A DNA stretch of 64,000 bases from Verrucomicrobiota bacterium (GTDB lineage: Bacteria; Verrucomicrobiota; Verrucomicrobiia; Opitutales; Cerasicoccaceae), in the NCBI GenBank assembly GCA_039818205.1, contig JBCBUK010000011.1:86013-150012 (forward strand), given 5' to 3'. This document shows positions 58,245-64,000 of the stretch, in pieces. Position 1 is the first letter of the stretch; each line of letters opens with the position of its first letter. The notes beneath the pieces are model-generated. The model saw nothing but the letters and a program-made list of their open reading frames with translations. It had not been told where the DNA came from and made no database searches. The position numbers and the translations under genes are program-made.

Positions 58245-58955
58245 TCAGTGGGTGCCCGTCAGCGGGACAAAGCGAACGAGCATGAGTTCCTGTTCCCGGA
58301 AGCCCCCATCGGCCATGCGATCGATTTGCATCAGTTGCTGGGTATCATGAATTTGGCCCATGGGGACGAGCATACGCCCACCGGGTTTGAGCTGGGATCG
58401 AAGCTTATCTACAGGATGATCAGAGGCAGCGGTTACGATGATGCGATCGTAGGGAGCGTCCGGATCATAGCCGCCCGACCCGTCGCCAAGAAGCAAGCGA
58501 AGGTTTTCGTAGCCGAAGCCAGCGAGGCGTTTAGCCGTTGGCCGGGCGAGCTCTTGAATGATCTCGACTGACACGACTTCGCGGGCGAGCAATCCTAGGA
58601 TCGCGGTTTGGTACCCGCAGCCCGTGCCGATCTCGAGCACCTTTTCGGTGCCCGAAAGTTCCAGCTGTTCCGTCATGTAGGCGACCATGTAGGGCTGGGA
58701 AATCGTCTGGCCCAGCCCGATGGGGACCGGCCGATCCGCGTAGGCCCAGTCTTTTTCCGGCTCCGGGACGAATCGATGTCGGGGAACGGCTCGCATGGCC
58801 TCAAGCACCGTTTGATTGTTCACACCGTGCGGAATGATCTGCTGATTCACCATGGCATTCCGTTCCCGCTGGTAGGCTTGCTCGCCAAACTTTGGCTGTT
58901 TGGCCGAGTCCGAGTTTGATCGGCTTGTAAGCAATGGCTCGAGGGGCGATGTCAT
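58245..58955 (-). CDS. pcm: Protein-L-isoaspartate O-methyltransferase
   Basis: VPRHRF, GQTISQP, LEIGTGCGYQ, PYDRIIVTAA, RFVPL. Confidence 0.94.
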   Translation of the reverse strand: MTSPLEPLLTSRSNSDSAKQPKFGEQAYQRERNAMVNQQIIPHGVNNQTVLEAMRAVPRHRFVPEPEKDWAYADRPVPIGLGQTISQPYMVAYMTEQLELSGTEKVLEIGTGCGYQTAILGLLAREVVSVEIIQELARPTAKRLAGFGYENLRLLLGDGSGGYDPDAPYDRIIVTAASDHPVDKLRSQLKPGGRMLVPMGQIHDTQQLMQIDRMADGGFREQELMLVRFVPLTGTH

Positions 58956-59092
58956 TGCGATCGAGACTATCGAGGATTTGGCGGGTTGCCAAGGCTGGAA
59001 GTGCCGGGGCGGGCTTGTGGGGGCATTCGTTTGCGCAGCGCTTTTCTGTTTGCCAAGTGGCGCGGCATTTGTCTCCCTTGCGGGCTTTACTC

Positions 59093-60889
59093 ATGAAGCG
59101 GACCCATACTTGTAGTGAACTAAACAAGGCCAACGCTGACGACACCGTCACCTTGATCGGTTGGGTGGAGTCAGTGCGTGACCACGGCGGCGTACTTTTT
59201 GTCGACCTCCGTGACCGTGCCGGTAAAACCCAGGTGGTATTCCACCCGGACTACCCAGAGATGCACGAGCAGGCCGGTAAGTTAAAGGATGAGTCTGTGA
59301 TTCAAATTACCGGCATCGTTAAATTGCGCGAGGAGTCGACCATCAATACCAATTTGCCCACGGGTGAGATTGAAGTGTCGGCGCGCGAGCTGCTGATTCA
59401 TAATATGAGTGAGACCTTGCCGTTCCCGCTTGAGGACGAGAAGGCTGAGAAGGTGAACGAGGACCTGCGCCTGCAGTATCGCTACCTCGATTTGCGCCGC
59501 CCGAACATGCGCAAGATGATGACCATCCGCAGTGACGCGACCAAGAGCTGCCGCGACTATTTGGCCGACGAGGGATTCCTCGAGATCGAGACTCCGGCGA
59601 TGTTCAAGTCGACCCCAGAGGGCGCGCGCGAATTTTTGGTGCCCAGCCGATTGAACCCGGGTGAATTTTATGCGCTCTCGCAGAGTCCTCAGCAGTATAA
59701 GCAGATGCTGATGGTGGCTGGCATTGAGCGCTACTACCAGATTGCGCGTTGTTTCCGTGACGAAGACTTGCGGGCCGACCGCCAGCCAGAGTTTACCCAG
59801 ATCGATTTGGAAATGTCCTTCATCGAGCGTGAGGATATGTATACCCTGATTGAGGGTATGCTCGCGAAGATGTGGAAGGATGTGCTCAATGTCGATGTCC
59901 CGACGCCGTTCCCGCGTCTCACTTATCAGGACGCAATGAACCGCTTCGGTGTCGACAAGCCCGATACGCGTTTTGACATGGAGTTGGTTGACCTCTCTGA
60001 GGACCTTAAGGACACCGGCTTTAAAGTGTTCTCGTCCGTCATCAAGGGCGGGGGCGTGGTCAAGGCGATCAATGCCAAGGGTCTCGGCGACATCACTCAA
60101 GGTGAGGTCAAGGCAATGGAAGACGTTGCCAAGACGCTCGGTGCTAAGGGGCTCGCATACATCGTTGTTCGTGGCGATGACCCTAAAGAATGGCGTTCGC
60201 CAATCATCAAGTTTTTCTCGGAAGACGAACTCAACGCGCTCAAGTCGAAGCTCAGCATTGAAGACGGCGATTTGATCTTGTTTGCTGCTTCAAAGTGGGA
60301 GCAGGCCTGCGCGATCTTGGGTCGTATCCGTCTCGAGAGCGCTCAGTTGCTCATCAAGCGCGGCAAGATGGAAATCTCTGACGACCAATACAACTTCCTT
60401 TGGGTGGTCGATTTCCCATTGATGCTGTTTGATGAGGACGAAGGCCGCTACGTCGCGGCGCACCACCCATTTACTGCGCCACATCCAGAGGATATCGATA
60501 AGCTCGATACTGATACCCAGAACTGCCGTTCGCAGGCATATGACGTTGTGCTCAATGGCTCGGAGATCGGCGGTGGCTCAATTCGTATCCACCAGCCTGA
60601 ATTGCAGGACCGCGTATTTGCTAACGTGCTGCAGATGCCTGAGGACGTGATTGAGTCACGTTTTGGTTACATGCTGAAAGCCTTTAAGTTTGGAGCACCA
60701 CCACATGGTGGAATTGCCCTCGGCCTCGACCGCTTGTGTGCCATTCTCGGTAAGGCTAAGTCGATCCGTGAAGTTATCGCATTTCCGAAGACCCAGAAAG
60801 GTCAGGATTTGATGACCAGCGCTCCGGGTCCAGCCACCGACCGCCAGCTCCGCGATCTCAACATTGCCGTCACCAAGATCGAAGACTAG
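59093..60889 (+). CDS. aspS: Aspartate--tRNA ligase
   Basis: MKRTHTC start, RDHGG, STPEGAR, FRDEDLRADRQPEF, GAPPHGG. Confidence 0.97.
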   Translation: MKRTHTCSELNKANADDTVTLIGWVESVRDHGGVLFVDLRDRAGKTQVVFHPDYPEMHEQAGKLKDESVIQITGIVKLREESTINTNLPTGEIEVSARELLIHNMSETLPFPLEDEKAEKVNEDLRLQYRYLDLRRPNMRKMMTIRSDATKSCRDYLADEGFLEIETPAMFKSTPEGAREFLVPSRLNPGEFYALSQSPQQYKQMLMVAGIERYYQIARCFRDEDLRADRQPEFTQIDLEMSFIEREDMYTLIEGMLAKMWKDVLNVDVPTPFPRLTYQDAMNRFGVDKPDTRFDMELVDLSEDLKDTGFKVFSSVIKGGGVVKAINAKGLGDITQGEVKAMEDVAKTLGAKGLAYIVVRGDDPKEWRSPIIKFFSEDELNALKSKLSIEDGDLILFAASKWEQACAILGRIRLESAQLLIKRGKMEISDDQYNFLWVVDFPLMLFDEDEGRYVAAHHPFTAPHPEDIDKLDTDTQNCRSQAYDVVLNGSEIGGGSIRIHQPELQDRVFANVLQMPEDVIESRFGYMLKAFKFGAPPHGGIALGLDRLCAILGKAKSIREVIAFPKTQKGQDLMTSAPGPATDRQLRDLNIAVTKIED

Positions 60890-60939
60890 TCAAGCAACGT
60901 GCCGGTGCACCTAGTCTTCCTAGGCGTCAACATTTCATG

Positions 60940-60969
60940 GAGTGGAGCCCAGCGGGTTCCACTCTTTTT
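60940..60969 (+). terminator. Terminator after aspS
   Basis: gagtggagccc-agc-gggttccactc-ttttt. Confidence 0.8.
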
Positions 60970-61011
60970 GTTTACTTTTGACCAAACGAACGGATGCGAC
61001 TTGCACGTTGC

Positions 61012-62040
61012 CTAGTGTAGTGATTGCCAGAGGCGCTTGGCTCGCTCGAGAATATTTTCTTTCGCGGTCTCGACTTCACGTTCTCGGGCTTTGAGGTTCT
61101 CATTCGCAATCTGCGCCAGGTGATCGAGGTTGTAGAGGTAAACGTTTTCGAGTGCCTCGATGTCGCCGTCGATATCGCGGGGCAGGGCGGTGTCGATCGC
61201 GATCAGCGGACGAGTCATCCGCTCATCCATGATGGGCTTAAGCAGCTCACGTGTGATGATCGGCTCGGGAGCTGATGTGGCACCAATAACAACATCGGCA
61301 TGTGCGAGGAGTTGAGGGAGCTTTTCGAAGTTGGATACGGCGCCGGTAAACTGATCGGCGAGAGAGCGAGCGCGCATGAGGTTGCGTCCGACCACGATGA
61401 TGCGCTCGGCGCCTCGGCTGGCGAGGGCCTGAGTAGTTTTTTCGCCGACTTCGCCTGTCCCCAAGAGCACAACCTGCGTGTCCACCAGATTACCGCAAAC
61501 GCGCGTTGCCAGTTCGGTGGCAATATTTCCAATACTTACCTGGCCTTTGCTGACTCCGGTATGGGTGCGGACCCATTTGGCGGCTTGGAAACTCTTTTGG
61601 AAGACGCGATTGAGAACGCGCCCGGTGTAGCGTTCGTCGGAGGCCTTGGCATAAGCCTCCTTTAGCTGCCCGAGGATCTCGTTCTCGCCCACCATTTGCG
61701 AGTCCAGTCCGGAGGCAACCTCAAAGGCATGTCGGATAGCCTCTTCATCCGTCATCCAGTAGATGTGTGATTCCAGCTCTGAAATCGGTAGGCCATGGAT
61801 GCCGGAAAGCTGCTCCAGCAGCGGTACTTTGAGTTCCTGATGTCGAGTCACGCCATAGATCTCAACCCGGTTGCAAGTGTTGAGGATCAGGCATTCGTCG
61901 ACCTGCTCTGCGTCCCGCAACTCGTTTGCCAGTTTCTGGGCACGCGAGCTGTCCAGCGCCAAACGCTCCCGCACTTCAAGCGAGGCGGTTCGGTGCGAAC
62001 TACCGAGCACAAACAAAGCCTTACCGTTACTCGCCGCCAT
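61012..62040 (-). CDS. hemA: Glutamyl-tRNA reductase (short form)
   Basis: TCNRVE, ASGLDSQMVGENEILGQ, LGTGEVG, ALPRDID. Confidence 0.93.
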   Translation of the reverse strand: MAASNGKALFVLGSSHRTASLEVRERLALDSSRAQKLANELRDAEQVDECLILNTCNRVEIYGVTRHQELKVPLLEQLSGIHGLPISELESHIYWMTDEEAIRHAFEVASGLDSQMVGENEILGQLKEAYAKASDERYTGRVLNRVFQKSFQAAKWVRTHTGVSKGQVSIGNIATELATRVCGNLVDTQVVLLGTGEVGEKTTQALASRGAERIIVVGRNLMRARSLADQFTGAVSNFEKLPQLLAHADVVIGATSAPEPIITRELLKPIMDERMTRPLIAIDTALPRDIDGDIEALENVYLYNLDHLAQIANENLKAREREVETAKENILERAKRLWQSLH

Positions 62041-62884
62041 TGCTTAACAAGTCCACACCAACGGTGGAGGGGGCAGCCGCGCTGCGGTGGGTTAGCGGCC
62101 ACAAGGAAACCAATGCAACAATGAAGAGGTAAACACAGGTTTGAGCAAAGCGGCGTGCAACCAGTTTATGCTTTCTGCGCAGAACCAGTGTCGCTAGGTA
62201 GGCGAGCCACACGGCCATGGCGATTGAAAGCTTGATGGCACCAACAGCGCCAGGGGACTGAAGGAGGTTTAAAAATCCAATAGCAACTGCGACAGACAGG
62301 AGCGATACGCCAATGGATATCAACTTGATGTTGATTTCTTCCAGTTGCCGAATCGCAGGCAGTTTGCTGAACCAGCCGTCAAACTGGCGTCGAGCCAACG
62401 CTCGATCCTGAAAAATATACATGAGCGAGGTCAACGCCAGGACCGCGAACACACCGTAGCTAAAGATTGCCAGTGCCGCGTGAAAGCCGACCCACGGGCT
62501 ACCCGAGATATTGGTCGGTGCGGTGGGATCATCCCATGGCGCAACCGCCAAAGAGATGAAGCAGAGCCCAAATCCGAATGCCGAAGAGAAAAAATTGAGC
62601 AGTCGGAGTTGAAAGAGCTGCCTTAGAATGAAGTTTAGCCCGACTGAGCACCAAGCGAGCACTTGGAAGACCTCAAAGGTATTGGTCAGCGGAAAGACAT
62701 GTTTTTCAAGACCGCGCACATAGAGTCCGAAACTTTGGAAAATGAACCCGCCAATCAACAGAGCCAAAAACACGAGGTGGATGGCTTCGCGGCGGCGGAT
62801 CAGCGCGACGAGCGCATAGGCAAACGCCAGGCCGTAGAATACACAGCCGGTCCCGGTTAATGCACGATCTTGCCAAAATTCCAT
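62027..62884 (-). CDS. Cytochrome c assembly (CcsA/HemX-like) membrane protein
   Basis: FPLTNTFE, WVGFHAAL, YIFQDRAL, LPAIRQLE; overlaps the hemA start. Confidence 0.8.
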   Translation of the reverse strand: MEFWQDRALTGTGCVFYGLAFAYALVALIRRREAIHLVFLALLIGGFIFQSFGLYVRGLEKHVFPLTNTFEVFQVLAWCSVGLNFILRQLFQLRLLNFFSSAFGFGLCFISLAVAPWDDPTAPTNISGSPWVGFHAALAIFSYGVFAVLALTSLMYIFQDRALARRQFDGWFSKLPAIRQLEEINIKLISIGVSLLSVAVAIGFLNLLQSPGAVGAIKLSIAMAVWLAYLATLVLRRKHKLVARRFAQTCVYLFIVALVSLWPLTHRSAAAPSTVGVDLLSNGGE

Positions 62885-62951
62885 TAGTATATCGACACCT
62901 GCAGAGCCTTTAATGCTTTAGCATGGCCTAATAATGCGGTGAGAAGCAAGA

Positions 62952-63998
62952 TCACACCGTGGCCGGAGATTCGTGGGTGAGGTTTTCATGCCAGCGTTGA
63001 ATGCGTCCATTCATGAAGTTCACGAATGCGGGATCGTCGTTGAGGCAAGGGATTTGTTCGAACCATTCGCCACCGGCTTCGAGAAACTCTTCTTTTCCTT
63101 CCATTGAGATTTCCTCAAGCGTCTCCAGGCAATCGGTGATGAACGCCGGGCAAATGACCAAAAGTTTCTTAACTCCTTTGGCAGGAAGTTCTTCGAGAAC
63201 GAAATCAGTGTATGGTTTGAGCCAAGGGTCGCGACCCAGTCGGGATTGGAACGACACACTATATTTTTCCTGAGGAATTCCGGCTTTTTCGACAAACGCT
63301 TTGGTCGTGGCGAAACACTGATGCCGGTAACACGTCGCGTGTGCTGGATTGCAGGTGTCGCAGCAGTCTTCTCGAGCCAAACAATGGGCGTGGGACGGGT
63401 CGCTTTTGCGTAAGTGGCGCTCGGGAATGCCGTGATAGGAAAATAGAATATGGTCGTAGTCTTTCGCTAGATATGGGGAGGACCGTTCGACTAGGGCCGA
63501 TATATAGTCATTGTCCTGGTAAAAGGGCTGGAGTAGTTCGACTTTTATCCCGGGATTCTGCGCATTTACTTCTTCCATGACGCGCACCACAACCGTTTCG
63601 TAGCTGCTCATCGCGTAGTGAGGATAGAGAGGGGCTAAGAATAGGTTTTTTACCTTACTTTTTACAATTTTCTGAACTATGTCAGGAATGGACGGCTCAC
63701 CATATCTCATGGCGAGTTCTATGGGGAAATCCCATTTTTCAGCGATCTTTTCTTGTTGTTTTTGGCTGACCACAACGAGTGGAGAACCTTCCTCGAGCCA
63801 TACTTTACGATAGGCTTCAGCCGACTTTTTGGGGCGTGTTGGCAGGATGATTCCTCGCACAACCAGGTTCCGAATGATGGCAGGAGAATCGATAACTCGT
63901 TCATCTAGAAGGAATTCCTTTAGATAGGAGCGAACATCTTCGTTTGATGTCGAGTTTGGTGAACCCAGGTTTAGCAACAGTACGGCTGAATTGGACAT
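62952..63998 (-). CDS. hemH: Ferrochelatase
   Basis: LLLNLGSP, AMRYGEP, SYHGIP, FQSRLG..WLKP, DCLETLEE. Confidence 0.96.
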   Translation of the reverse strand: MSNSAVLLLNLGSPNSTSNEDVRSYLKEFLLDERVIDSPAIIRNLVVRGIILPTRPKKSAEAYRKVWLEEGSPLVVVSQKQQEKIAEKWDFPIELAMRYGEPSIPDIVQKIVKSKVKNLFLAPLYPHYAMSSYETVVVRVMEEVNAQNPGIKVELLQPFYQDNDYISALVERSSPYLAKDYDHILFSYHGIPERHLRKSDPSHAHCLAREDCCDTCNPAHATCYRHQCFATTKAFVEKAGIPQEKYSVSFQSRLGRDPWLKPYTDFVLEELPAKGVKKLLVICPAFITDCLETLEEISMEGKEEFLEAGGEWFEQIPCLNDDPAFVNFMNGRIQRWHENLTHESPATV

Positions 63999-64000
63999 AG

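Overview
Ordinary chromosomal window of about 63 genes (roughly 55% GC by eye). The protein families and sequence styles (SHD1-like, PEP-CTERM, DUF6268-like barrel, pilin-like head, short HemA) suggest a Verrucomicrobiota, probably Opitutia, bacterium; this is inference. Most genes are housekeeping: rpmF (missed by the ORF track), rpsP-trmD-rplS-rplI, infA, aspS, hisF, ilvD, cysK, metF, pdxH, hemH-ccsA-hemA, nth, mutM, rmuC, tadA, pcm, dsbD, kup, SulP and a MoxR/DUF58/transglutaminase triad. A small accessory patch lies at about 38-47 kb. I saw no tRNA, rRNA, CRISPR array, transposase, integrase or prophage. The best candidate for an undescribed system is a three-gene cluster at 5307-7852. It has an orphan ParA/MinD ATPase, a protein with RNAP alpha-CTD/HhH-like segments ending in a MinD-type membrane-targeting helix, and a coiled-coil protein with a basic N-terminal peptide, which together resemble a positioning system. 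Other leads are a dyad-symmetric bidirectional sigma28-like promoter with a putative sRNA, a second sRNA candidate of similar architecture, and a perfect 22-bp palindrome between kamA-like and arsR-like genes. Protein-level leads are a C-terminal module shared by two unrelated secreted proteins, a stand-alone subtilase prodomain, and a pilin head on a coiled-coil stalk. All calls come from reading motifs by eye; no searches were run.
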